Part shown: piece by piece, positions 47,855 to 58,236 of the stretch
How positions within the stretch are numbered: position 1 is the first letter of the stretch
How the letters are laid out: each line of letters opens with the position of its first letter
Source: Myxococcota bacterium
GTDB lineage: Bacteria > Myxococcota_A > Polyangia > Polyangiales > Houyiibacteriaceae
Assembly (NCBI GenBank): GCA_039030515.1
Contig: JBCCEA010000005.1
Location: 64,001-128,000 of the forward strand
DNA: 64,000 bases
Direction of reading: 5' to 3'
Position numbers and translations under genes: made by a program
Notes under the pieces: model-generated
What the model saw: only the letters and a program-made list of their open reading frames with translations
The model's database searches: none
What the model was told of the DNA's origin: nothing

Positions 47855-49408
47855 CTAGTTCCGTCGCGAGACCACTTGGTGTGCAGTGGTCACCTGAGCG
47901 ATTGCGTGAAGCAGCTGCATGCGGGAAACGGGCTTTTCCAAAATGGGATTGGTGGCTCTCGAAATGAGAGACCGACTTCGCTCATTCACCGCGCCTCCTG
48001 TGCAAAAAATAAACTTATCTTGAAGCGACGGGCTGTGGTGTTTGACCTCATCATAGACGGCAACGCCATCGTACTCTGGCATCATGAGATCACAGACGAT
48101 AACGTCGAAGTCCTGGTTTTCACGCAGAAGATGAACTGCGCCCGCACCGTCGGTAGTCAACACTTGATGCGGCGCCAACATGCGTTTGTATGCTCTGCAA
48201 AGAGGCTCTTCATCATCGACAATCAAAACGCGAAGCGAGGGAAGATGCTCTTCGCAGACCAGATGATCCGGCGCGGTTGGAGTTACGGTAAGTCCAGTTT
48301 CAATTGGAATAGACACCTCAACCCGCGCGCCTCCACCGTTGCGATCTAAGATTCTAATCTGACCGTTGTGAGAGTGAACGATCTCAGCCGCCACCGCCAT
48401 GCCCAAACCCGTACCAATTCCCGGAGGTTTGGTAGTAAAAAATGCTTCGGTGACTCGTGACTTTACCTTATCCGGTATGCCTGGACCGTCATCTTCAACC
48501 GAGATTAAGATGTGGTCGGATCTTCGAGACACGTCGATCCCCACAGAACCGGATCCGTGAGTCTCTTTGATCGCATAAACTGCATTGGTCGTAAGGTTAC
48601 TGAAGACCTGTGTTAGCTGACCTGCTCGGCCAGCGAAATGCGGTATCGAACCGTTGGAGACCACTCTGAGGCGAACTTCGTTTCCAAGCTGTGGCTTTGT
48701 AAGAGCAACGGACCATCGGATCACCTCCAATATGTCTACGTGATCTACTGGGTCATTCTCGTCTGGCCTTCTTGCGAAGCGTTGCATCCTTCGGACGATA
48801 TCGCCTATTCGGCGCATCCCACTCATGCTCTCTTCGACGACCAGGAGGGATTCAGATATCTTACCGATACGAGCGGACACATCGATAGCAGAGTCGTCTA
48901 GCGACATTCTTAGTAACGTAGAAATGATCTCCAGATTCGCCGAAACAAGTGCAGCAGGATTGTTTATCTCATGAGCCACACTGGCAGCCATCTGTCCCAA
49001 AGCGACAAGACGATTGGTATGCTCGAGGCTCGATCTGAGCTTGATGACTTGTTTTCTCTCGATCGCGTAACGGATCGCCCGCATTAAAGTATCTTTATCG
49101 ATTCTACCCTTGATCAAATAGTCTTGAGCACCCTGACGGATTGCGTCCTGTGCTTCTTTACCGTCATCAGTACCGGTGAGAACGATAACCGGGGTAGTCT
49201 CAAGCGATTCAAGGAGCTCCAGTCCATTTCCATCGGGCAAGCTGAGGTCGAGCAGCACGCAGTCATATCTACTATGAGCCAATGCGCGACGTGCCCCGCT
49301 TAGATCGGAGGTAGAATCGATTACAAAATCACTCTTAGCGGCGATACGCTGAATAGAAGTGCAATCGACATCATCGTCGTCAACGAGGAGGATCCGCCAG
49401 GAATTCAT
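47855..49408 (-). CDS. Hybrid sensor histidine kinase (REC-HisKA-HATPase-REC)
   Basis: LLVDDD/LLDLSLPD, AHEINNP, DDGPG, FFTTKPPGIGTGLG, IVDDE/CDLMMP. Confidence 0.93.
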   Translation of the reverse strand: MNSWRILLVDDDDVDCTSIQRIAAKSDFVIDSTSDLSGARRALAHSRYDCVLLDLSLPDGNGLELLESLETTPVIVLTGTDDGKEAQDAIRQGAQDYLIKGRIDKDTLMRAIRYAIERKQVIKLRSSLEHTNRLVALGQMAASVAHEINNPAALVSANLEIISTLLRMSLDDSAIDVSARIGKISESLLVVEESMSGMRRIGDIVRRMQRFARRPDENDPVDHVDILEVIRWSVALTKPQLGNEVRLRVVSNGSIPHFAGRAGQLTQVFSNLTTNAVYAIKETHGSGSVGIDVSRRSDHILISVEDDGPGIPDKVKSRVTEAFFTTKPPGIGTGLGMAVAAEIVHSHNGQIRILDRNGGGARVEVSIPIETGLTVTPTAPDHLVCEEHLPSLRVLIVDDEEPLCRAYKRMLAPHQVLTTDGAGAVHLLRENQDFDVIVCDLMMPEYDGVAVYDEVKHHSPSLQDKFIFCTGGAVNERSRSLISRATNPILEKPVSRMQLLHAIAQVTTAHQVVSRRN

Positions 49409-49429
49409 CTTCGCTCCTCAGACTGCCGA

Positions 49430-50845
49430 CTATGCATGCTCGACCGTTACTTGGAGAGAAGACCAACGTTTTGGCCAGTGAAAACGGAAGACACTTCCTC
49501 GTCCACTTTGGGATGAGTCGATTTCAATATCGCTACCGCAGGAATGGAGGATACGACGTACCAGAGGGAGCCCAATCCCGAGCCGCGCATCCGTTTGTTT
49601 GCTGCGAAGTGTCTGTAGCGGTTCGAATATTCTTTGGTGATGCTTGTGAGCTATTCCAGGACCATCATCCTGAATGCTAAAGAGGTAACTCCAAGGAGTT
49701 GCCTTAACGCTGACATTTACGCAAACTACGTCATCATCATGATGATAAACTGCATTTTCAATCAGTTCAGTAAGCACGGCTCGAAGTGGATTGACTGCAG
49801 TCTGGATCGGCAATTCCACGTCCGTATTCACTGCGATTTGCAGATCGCGCCCTTCTAACTCGACGCCCTGGCCAAGCTGATGAATAGACTTCTCTATATC
49901 GAATGAATCGAAACCTGCTTCTGGTTGCGTTGAACGACTGAACCGAAGGAGTGCGTTCAACAGGTTGTCCATGCGCTCGGTTCTGTCGATGAGTTTCCGA
50001 AGATGTTCCTGGCATTGCGGGTTCAGGGAACCCCGAGCATCCTCGACAATCCACTGGGCGAGATGGGTAATCGCTCGCAATGGCGCCCGCAGGTTATGGG
50101 AAGCCATTTTCGTAAACTGATCGAGAGAGGTTTCCAAACTGGCAAGCCTCTGATGCATCTGCTCGTCATAGGTGTGATCTTCGAGAAGCCACCACGCATG
50201 GGAAGAGGATATTTTCCGAAAAGTAAGGCCGATGTGGCGTTTGACGTTCTCGATAGCCACGGTGGTGGTGAACGTTCCGGTTTCACCGATTGCAATCGAC
50301 TCCAAAGAACGGCGTAGTGCATTGGCACTTTCCCTGCTGAGTAGATTTTCGAGCAGTTCACTTGGAGTCGTGAGTGGGGTTGGGTCACCAAAGGAGCGCA
50401 ATACGGTGAAATTTTCAGTTTCAAAAATGGTCGTTTCACTGCGCATCAGCAACTCGTCCGGAGGTCCGATTTTGACGTTGCTCGTATCTTGCATGTTGGC
50501 ACGCGCGACCGATGGCGTGACTTCGCAAAGCATTGCGGAGCGATCGTGACTCGGCGCACTTCGGAGCGAGAGCAGGCGGAAGCCTCCGCGACTCCTGAAT
50601 CGAATACTAATTTCTTGTGGCTTATCGTGTTCGACAAGGTCCTTTAGGGAGCGCCTGAGAGCTTCGCGATCTTCAGGATGAACGAGGGTTCGCAAATTGA
50701 GGTCAGAATCGGGCGGTTCTACTTCTTCGTTAAACGCCCGGTTGGACCACTGGATGGTCCCGTCGTACGTGGCGATCGCAAGGGCATCGCTGCTGCTTTC
50801 ACACAGTTGCTTGAACAATTCGGTGCGGACTTCGATACCAGGCAT
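49430..50845 (-). CDS. PAS-domain sensor histidine kinase
   Basis: VHPEDR PAS motif, SHNLRAPL H-box, DDGPG, GIGL. Confidence 0.9.
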   Translation of the reverse strand: MPGIEVRTELFKQLCESSSDALAIATYDGTIQWSNRAFNEEVEPPDSDLNLRTLVHPEDREALRRSLKDLVEHDKPQEISIRFRSRGGFRLLSLRSAPSHDRSAMLCEVTPSVARANMQDTSNVKIGPPDELLMRSETTIFETENFTVLRSFGDPTPLTTPSELLENLLSRESANALRRSLESIAIGETGTFTTTVAIENVKRHIGLTFRKISSSHAWWLLEDHTYDEQMHQRLASLETSLDQFTKMASHNLRAPLRAITHLAQWIVEDARGSLNPQCQEHLRKLIDRTERMDNLLNALLRFSRSTQPEAGFDSFDIEKSIHQLGQGVELEGRDLQIAVNTDVELPIQTAVNPLRAVLTELIENAVYHHDDDVVCVNVSVKATPWSYLFSIQDDGPGIAHKHHQRIFEPLQTLRSKQTDARLGIGLPLVRRILHSCGSDIEIDSSQSGRGSVFRFHWPKRWSSLQVTVEHA

Positions 50846-51347
50846 GACGTGTCTAGGTCTAGTCTTTCAAAGACTTGTGAGTTGAGTCTAGCTGAAGCTT
50901 TGCCGTGTCCTCCTAATTGTAGTACAGGCAGTTGTCATATTTTGCACGTTTTGACGGCGAAATTCCTATGTTCAGTTCGCAGGAATGCTCCGAACTATCG
51001 GAATCCTATAAAGAATCGGACTTGGGGATGTCGCTATTTGCGGTCATTTCAGATACGGGGCTATTTCGTCGTTGCAGGCTAAGAAAAGTCATCGAAGGTA
51101 GGCACAGCAGGCGCAAATCGGTCGGTGTTCGGTCGCAGATGGGTTTGAAAGCAGACCGGCAGTGAAGGCTCGACGGTGGCTGATGATCAGAAACCAGCCG
51201 GTCACCGCGGAAATTTCCGAGGAGTACCTAGACCTTCAAGAGGTGCCGAAATCGTATTTTGAATAACATTAATGTTCAACACCGTGATCCCAACTACTCG
51301 AGCGCATAAAAACAGCATCGTGAGCTACTCAACTCAAGCTCCGTTTT

Positions 51348-51577
51348 ACCGTACCTGGTCAGCTTTGTCTTGGTTTCGTCCTGGACGCTGCGACCATCAC
51401 CGTACCCGGTCAGGACAGTCCATCACGAGCGTCACCGTACCCGGTCAGCTTTGTCTCGGTCACGTCCTGGACGCTGCGACCATCGCCCACGTCACCGTAC
51501 CCGGTCAGCTTTGTCTCGGTCACGTCCTGGACGCTGCGACCATCACCGTACCCGGTCAGGACAGTCGACGAGCGTCA
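51348..51577. repeat. Modular intergenic repeat array
   Basis: ACCGTACCCGGTCAG x5 interleaved with a 36-bp unit x3 and a GACAGTC...ACGAGCGTCA unit x2. Confidence 0.9.
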
Positions 51578-51594
51578 TTCGTCAACTTCGGATC

Positions 51595-52404
51595 TTAGAT
51601 GTCCGCCTGCAACACGCGACGCCGAAGCGACTGAACTGCCCATCGCGCCGCACCTTCATTGTGTCGGCTGACCAGGAACGACGGAACCGGAACCTCGGGC
51701 TCAGCGATCAGCTGTAAGGATACCTGGGTCGCTTGCCCATCTTCCGAAGGGGTGATCTCCCACCGTGCTTTAAAGCGGTCCATGTTTCCATCGACCATTT
51801 GGGCTTCCACGATGCGGGTACTGCCTTTTGGCGGACGGGCGTAGATGTTGAGTTGCGCCCACATCGTCAAGCTACCTCCCACCATCTCGGTCTGAATGTA
51901 GACCGTGGCGTTCATCCCATTTCGACTCAGGACACGCGAACTGGTGACCTGCGGGAGAAATTGCCTGTAGCGCTCGTAGTCGGTGATCACCGAGAAGATT
52001 TCGTCAGTCGTCGCGCGAATCGTGGTCGTCGCTCGACCCCAGTCCACCGAGGTATGCGGATGGTCCACTCTACCCGAACAAACACCGGTGGATGGAACAT
52101 CGGACGAAGCGCCACGGCTCGGGGAAGACGTCCCGCTTGTGCAGTGATGGGAACTCGAGCGTGTACTAGGAGAAGCTTCCGGCAAACGCTGCGCCGAGGC
52201 TTCAGCCAAGGCCCAAACAAATCCGGCGACCCCGCATATATAGAGGGAGCGGCAAAACAGACGAGTTGGGTTCGATTTCCGCACTGCTACTTGCTCGTCC
52301 AATTCCTTATCAGCGACACAACGATCGTGCAATCTTTTACAAAAGCCAGAATCATGAGTCGACGCGCACCCAGACCGCTGCGAGCGTTCCGCGGAAACGT
52401 GCAC
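51595..52404 (-). CDS. SRPBCC / polyketide cyclase-dehydrase (Coq10-like) family protein
   Basis: IFSVITDYERYRQFLP motif; true start probably downstream of 52404. Confidence 0.8.
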   Translation of the reverse strand: MHVSAERSQRSGCASTHDSGFCKRLHDRCVADKELDEQVAVRKSNPTRLFCRSLYICGVAGFVWALAEASAQRLPEASPSTRSSSHHCTSGTSSPSRGASSDVPSTGVCSGRVDHPHTSVDWGRATTTIRATTDEIFSVITDYERYRQFLPQVTSSRVLSRNGMNATVYIQTEMVGGSLTMWAQLNIYARPPKGSTRIVEAQMVDGNMDRFKARWEITPSEDGQATQVSLQLIAEPEVPVPSFLVSRHNEGAARWAVQSLRRRVLQADI

Positions 52405-52794
52405 AATTTCCGTGGTGACCGCGAAATCTGCCGCGAGTTTGGCGGCAAATGCACTCGATAGATGCCCGTACGTGACCTTTAGATTGGGGAGTGGTACCCC
52501 TACCTGCTGTGGACGCCGAACTTAGGGCGGAGCGGTCTGGTGGTGAGCACTTGCGAATTCGGAGCCCAGCGCTAGCCCGTCAGTCGCGCTTTGAAAGACA
52601 CTCCACCGAGAGTAGAACTCCGGATCGGGTTTCTTTTTGGGACAAACCCAGCATGACAGCCCCAGGAACCGACTGTACGTTCACAATCCGTCATCACACT
52701 ACCACCACAATGTGCCCTCATAGCCAACTCAGCTATCTGTATCGCGACTCCCGCTGCCTCGATGACAGGGTCGATCCAAAGGGAATGGGTTAAG

Positions 52795-53943
52795 ATGTCT
52801 ACGATTTACTACGGAGTGGCCGGTGAGGGACGGGGCCACGCGGCGCGCGCGCGCGCAATCACGGAATGTCTTCGGCAGCGGCATCGGGTGGTGATCTACG
52901 CCAATGCACATTCCTTAGAAATGCTCGCTCCGCAGTACAAAGAAGACGAAGACGTTGAGGTTCGTGCGCTTCCTCCGCTCGAATTTCAATACGGTGCGGA
53001 TGCGCGACTCGACTACCTAAAAACGTGCGTATCGAGCTTGATATATCTGGCCAACATGCCCGGACTGATTCGAGAGGTGATGCGTGCGGCAGAAGTCGAT
53101 GCCCCCGACCTGATCATCACGGATTTTGAGCCAGTCCTGGTGCGGGTCGCTCGAAAGATGGGCATCCCTTTCATCAGTCTCGACCATCAGCACTTCCTCA
53201 ACACCACCGATTTTTCGGACTTGCCGTGGACACTTCAGGCCTACGCGTCGTTCATGTCTCCGTTCGTTCGCGCGCTGGTTTCCGGTCAAACGCATACGAT
53301 CGTCTCTTCTTTTTTCAGACCACCACTAAAACCTGGACTCACCGATGTAACCCGTATTGGCGTGATGCTTCGAGACAGCATTTTAGAAGCAGCTCCGGAA
53401 GATCGCGGTCATGTCGTCGCCTATCTACGCCGAGACAGTTCCGCATCGGCACTACCCGGGCTCGCTAGATGTGGTCGGAGGGTTCGGGTGTACGGTTTGG
53501 CGGAGCGAGCGCCCATCGGAGCCCTATCTTTTCATCCGATAGACCCAGTCCGCTTTGTCGAAGACCTAGCTACCTCAACGGCATTGGTCTGCACAGCTGG
53601 AAACCAGTTGGTCGGCGAGGCCCTTTACCTCGGCAAGCCAGTGCTCGGTGTTCCAGAACGCGGGAATTTCGAGCAACACATCAATGCGCACTATCTCGCA
53701 AAGAGCGGATCCGGTGAAGCGGTGACGCTGGAGTCGCTAGACGCGGTCAGCATCAAGGCGTTTTTGGCGCGCCGAGAGCAGTACCGCGCCGCAATCGATC
53801 GCAGATTCTTAGATGGAACTCCAGCGGCCGTTCGCGTGATTGAAACGGTGCTTAGCTCTTGCGGAGCTCTGTCCACCTCGCTGAATCAAAAGCGCATCAC
53901 CTCCCGAATTCAAGCAGACAGCGCAGTGTCTGCGTCTCTATGA
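52795..53943 (+). CDS. GT-B glycosyltransferase (MJ1255/VC2487-like)
   Basis: YGVAGEGRGHA, ITDFEP, TAGNQLVGEALYLGKP, EQHINA. Confidence 0.9.
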   Translation: MSTIYYGVAGEGRGHAARARAITECLRQRHRVVIYANAHSLEMLAPQYKEDEDVEVRALPPLEFQYGADARLDYLKTCVSSLIYLANMPGLIREVMRAAEVDAPDLIITDFEPVLVRVARKMGIPFISLDHQHFLNTTDFSDLPWTLQAYASFMSPFVRALVSGQTHTIVSSFFRPPLKPGLTDVTRIGVMLRDSILEAAPEDRGHVVAYLRRDSSASALPGLARCGRRVRVYGLAERAPIGALSFHPIDPVRFVEDLATSTALVCTAGNQLVGEALYLGKPVLGVPERGNFEQHINAHYLAKSGSGEAVTLESLDAVSIKAFLARREQYRAAIDRRFLDGTPAAVRVIETVLSSCGALSTSLNQKRITSRIQADSAVSASL

Positions 53944-53986
53944 CACCCGCACTCCCTGCGGAGACCTGGACAGATACTGAGCCGAG

Positions 53987-54075
53987 ACCTACCCGGGCAC
54001 GGGGCTGAGGCCTGACCAGGTACGGATGCACCTACCCGGGCACCGGGCTGAGGACTGACCAGGTACGGATGCACC
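53987..54075. repeat. 43-bp tandem duplication
   Basis: ACCTACCCGGGCAC...GTACGGATGC x2 with two mismatches. Confidence 0.9.
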
Positions 54076-54240
54076 GGGGCATATTTGATCTCAGCGTGAA
54101 GTGAAGCCCTTGCGAATGCATTGGCAACGGCCTCGTCAAATGCGACCGACGTAAGGGTATCTGCCTTGCAGATGAAGCCTTTACGCGTTCCCCGGGGCTT
54201 CTCGATGGGACTGGGCGCGGTTTGGTGCGGAACCAGAGCC

Positions 54241-54421
54241 AGCACAGAAACGCCCAAGGCGAAATCGACGGTTATCGAAGGCGAGCGAAACATGTGCACA
54301 TTAAAATCGCATGGTTCACGAGCAAGCAATCACGCCCTCGTTGTGCGTACGGCATGCCGAGAATCGACCAATTCAAAACGCTATCGTCAATGGCCAGATG
54401 AGTACGCCCTGAACTCCTCAG
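54241..54421. repeat. ~180-bp conserved leader, copy 1
   Basis: About 90% identical by eye to 56719-56898. Confidence 0.93.
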
Positions 54422-54459
54422 CTCTCATGAGATGATGTGACTAATGAAGAGACACTAAG

Positions 54460-55493
54460 ATGTGGCTTATTTGTGGACAACGAACAAGACCGCATGCACC
54501 AACAACACTGCATTCACAGCGGGTCCTAAGGTGCGATAGACTCATTAGGCGATTGTCTGAAGTCCGGTATGACGCGCAACGCAAGGCATGGAAACTGGAC
54601 GGTAAATATTACGAACCAAAAGATTTTGGTGCACGACGGCCTTCACCATCACTCGCTGCTGCATTTCCTCGCTTCCTAGCAAACACGGAACCACCTGCAG
54701 ACGTGAAAGGCATGCGCCCGGCTGATCTACCCCATCAACTACTTGCTTTGAGCTCGACTGTTCCAGGGGCGAAACTGCACCTTAAGCGTATTGCAGAACA
54801 TATCAAGTTTACGACTGTGGGACTTTTTCCTCACGAGCGGCCGATAAAATCACATCATCCCCTGCAGCTGTCGCAATGACAGACACAATTCGTGAACTTG
54901 CTCGAACAAGGCAACTCCTGCCAAATTCGCTTCCTCTCGCTGTTCGCAAAGCAGATAGTTTACATAGCGTGTTAGGAAACATGTGCGTAAATCAATGCTT
55001 CTATTTATATACTGGGAGCGCTAGACATGCAGTCTTCATGTTGTTTTTTAGAAAAGAGTTGAGTGACAATTTGTACTTGGCCGAATGCAATACTGGCTCA
55101 GGATGGTGGCGAGGAGGCACTTTAAATTACGCACGTAAAGTCGTGCCTCACATCTACCGATTACGGAACAATCCTTCGCCATCAACCAGCTTACGAGAGA
55201 TAATCTGCTGGATGATTTTAGGAAGGCTCAATCCACGCTACGATGAGTCTGAGCGAGGCTATCCGGGGCACTGGCTTCAGAGGTGCCGTGACACCGCGGA
55301 AAGAGCAGAACGATGTGGTGATCTTGGATTGGCGGCACAGTCTGCCGCCAATCCGTTTCAGCGTGGGGGGAGCTGTGCCGTTCGATCCTTGATAGCGGCG
55401 ATACGCCTTATGTTTGCTCTCGACTGCGTGCCTATCGATGCCGATTTCTCCGTCGGCAGGCGGCTGGAAAGGTGGATCCGAAACCAACAGTAG
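54460..55493 (+). pseudogene. Frameshifted gene for a putative cysteine-protease-like protein, copy 1
   Basis: Two ORFs that join into one after restoring 1 base in the C-run near 54860, judged by alignment with copy 2. Confidence 0.65.
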
Positions 55494-55872
55494 ATCCGAG
55501 ACGATGAACGGGCGACGAAGTGCGCCCGTGGGCCGATCCGGGCGATGCCTCGAGTGCGTGCCTTGCGCTCATCGATAGCCCCATCAAAGCACGGAGCCCG
55601 AAAGTCGGCGTGGCCTTCGTACCGAGGCTCTCACCCATCAGGTTGACTGCCGAGTCTGTCTTCGATTCCTGGGTTGGGTGATGTTGAATAGCGAGATCTT
55701 GCGGCCAACGCCCGTCTAGGTAGGGTTGCGCTGGACGGCCGTAACACGTGGCCCAAACACACAGCGCTGCGAGATCAACCTGATGCACGATTCGCAAACG
55801 TGGTACCCAAGCTCAGTCAGCTGCAAATGCGCTTTGGAGTGCGAATCAATAAGAAAACGCTCACGGTTTGTC

Positions 55873-56703
55873 ATGGGCTTGGTGTTGTGGAGCTGTCTTG
55901 TTTCTTGTTCCGCCACCGCGGAGCCTCAAGCGCCGACGCTGCCAGAGGTCTCGACTCGCCCAGCGAATGCCGAGATCGACTCTATGGCTCATCTTACAAC
56001 GGCTGGCGTCGATGTGCGTGAGCATCAGATCCTCGGAACACGCAGCTTTGAGGCGGTGATCGGCGAGTCCGTACCGGATGCGGTACTGCCGCTTGTCGTT
56101 CAGATTCACGGCCGAGGCGGCCAGGCGATGACGCCAAAGGGCGACTTCTTGAGCGTCCAATACCCGTACCGGCTCTTGATTCCTCAGGCACTCACGCCCC
56201 ACGCGCACGGATGGACCTGGCTCCCTCACAGCGTAACGAGTGGACGCTATCGCGAACTAGCGCATGCCCTGGCTCAGGAATCAGAGCGGCTTGCACGGGT
56301 GATCGAAGCGTTTCTTGCGATGCGGCCCACTCTGGGTCGTCCGATCGTCACCGGGTTTTCTCAGGGAGCGATGCTCACGCTATCCCTCGCTCTAAACCAC
56401 GCCCGTTTAGTGCACACCGCGTTGCCGATAGCGAGCTGGCTGCCGCTATCGATGGTTCCCCTAGAGTTCAGAGAGAGTGCCTACCGCCCGCAGATTCGCG
56501 CAATGCACGGCACCCACGACCGGATTACTCGGGTCGGAGCGATGATCGTACTGGTAGAGCGACTGCGAGAGTTGGGAATCGAGGTAGACCTGAGACTCTT
56601 CGAAGGCGTGGGACATGAAATGACCAAGGAACTCTGGGTGGCGCACAATCGAGATATCGAAGAAGCACTGCGTTCTGTGCGCAAGGCAACGCTCAGCCTC
56701 TAA
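55873..56703 (+). CDS. Phospholipase/carboxylesterase (alpha/beta hydrolase), probable lipoprotein
   Basis: IHGRG, GFSQG nucleophile, HGTHD, GVGH; lipobox-like LVSC. Confidence 0.88.
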   Translation: MGLVLWSCLVSCSATAEPQAPTLPEVSTRPANAEIDSMAHLTTAGVDVREHQILGTRSFEAVIGESVPDAVLPLVVQIHGRGGQAMTPKGDFLSVQYPYRLLIPQALTPHAHGWTWLPHSVTSGRYRELAHALAQESERLARVIEAFLAMRPTLGRPIVTGFSQGAMLTLSLALNHARLVHTALPIASWLPLSMVPLEFRESAYRPQIRAMHGTHDRITRVGAMIVLVERLRELGIEVDLRLFEGVGHEMTKELWVAHNRDIEEALRSVRKATLSL

Positions 56704-56718
56704 ACCGCCCGCCGGGTG

Positions 56719-56898
56719 AGCACAGAAACGCTCAGGGCGAAATCGACGGTTATCGAAGGCGAGCGAAACATGTGCACATTAAGATCACATGGTTCGCAAG
56801 CAAGCGATCACGTCCTCGTTGTGCGTACGGCATGCCGAGAATCGAGGGCTTCAAAACGCTATCGTCAATGGCCAAGTGAGTAGCCCTGAACTCCTCAG
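56719..56898. repeat. ~180-bp conserved leader, copy 2
   Basis: Matches 54241-54421. Confidence 0.93.
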
Positions 56899-56906
56899 TT
56901 TGAGTG

Positions 56907-57076
56907 GGTTGCTGGGTCGAATAGGTTACTGGGCCGAATGGGTTGCTGGGCCGAATAGGTGACTGGGCCGAATAGGTGACTGGGCCGAATAGGTTACTGG
57001 GCCGAATAGGTTGCTAGGCCGAATAGGTTGCTGGGCCGAATAGGTTGCTGGGCCGAATAGGTTGCTGGGCCGAATA
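56907..57076. repeat. 17-bp tandem repeat (GGTTGCTGGGCCGAATA) x10
   Basis: Ten adjacent, slightly variant copies with no spacers. Confidence 0.97.
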
Positions 57077-57086
57077 AGATATTAAG

Positions 57087-58100
57087 ATGCGACCTTATGG
57101 ATGCCATTTCGCCGGATACGCAAGAACATCACCAGCCTCACGTGTCGCAAAGTGCGATCAACTCTTTAGCCGACTCTCTAAAGCCCAATACGATCCGAAA
57201 TCTGCTGTGTGGAAACTGAACTGTAAACCGTCAAGACCAGCAGATTTTCGCGCGCGAGCACCTACGCCGTCACTCGCCAGGGTGATTCCTCACTACCTGG
57301 CTAATCGGGATCCATCTGAGGAAAAAGGCATTACATCGACGGCGTTGTCCGAACAGCTATTTCATTTGGGGTCAACCGATCCAGGAAAAGAGCTTTGCCT
57401 TACATCGATTGCAGAACATGTCGCGTTTGTGAATATAGGACTTTTTGCTTACGAGCTGCTAGCGAAATTAGGTCTTCCCAATGCAACTATCGCAGTACAA
57501 GACAAAACAATTAGTGATCGCGCTCAACAAAACTAACTCCTGGAGGAATCGTGTCGTTTTGTCGCTCGCAAAGCGGTCAAAGTATGCAGCTTGCTCAGCA
57601 ACATGGGAGCGAATCAATGCTTCTTTCTACATGCTGGGAGCGCATACCATAACGTCGGCATACTGATCTTTAGAAAAAAACCAGGTCGCTCTTTCTACTG
57701 GGCCGAATGCAACACTGGCTCAGGATGGTGGCGAGGGGGCACTCGGAATCAAGAGAATAGGATCGTGCCTCACATCTACCGATTAAAAAACTACCCAACA
57801 AAGAACAGTCCTTTGTCATCAACCAACTTACGAGGGGTGATCTGCTGGATGATGTTAGGAATCCTCAATCCACGCTACGACCAGTCTGAACAAGGCTACC
57901 CGGGGCACTGGCTTGGCAGGTGCCATGACCTCGTAGAGAGAGCAGAGAGATTTGATGATCTTGGGCTGGCAGCTCAGTCTGCAGCCAATCCGTTTCAGCG
58001 TGGAGGGAGCTGCGCTGTTCGGTCCGTGGTAGCGGCGATACGTCTTATGTTCGCGCTTGACTGCAGACCTATGCTGATTTCGCTACCGGCAGGCGGCTGA
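57087..58100 (+). pseudogene. Interrupted gene for a putative cysteine-protease-like protein, copy 2
   Basis: In-frame TAA at 57534-57536 where copy 1 has CAA; a further small deletion near 58070. Confidence 0.7.
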
Positions 58101-58236
58101 AAGAGTAGGTCCGAGACGATGAGCGCGCGACGCGGCGTGCCCAAGGGCCGATCCGGGCGATACCGCTGCCTTCGGGAGCATGCGTGTCCTTGGTGTGGCG
58201 CACAGATTTGTGGCTCTGGTGGGGGTCAGGTAAAAC

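Noticed and set aside
56907..57076. CRISPR array (also considered for 51348-51577 and 7261-7320)
   Set aside because: Units are adjacent or separated by reused sequence, there are no unique spacers, and no cas genes are present
57534..57536. Stop-codon reassignment (TAA read as Gln)
   Set aside because: TAA terminates clear genes in this window (carH-like, esterase, hsp20), and the same gene copy has another lesion, so nonsense mutation is simpler
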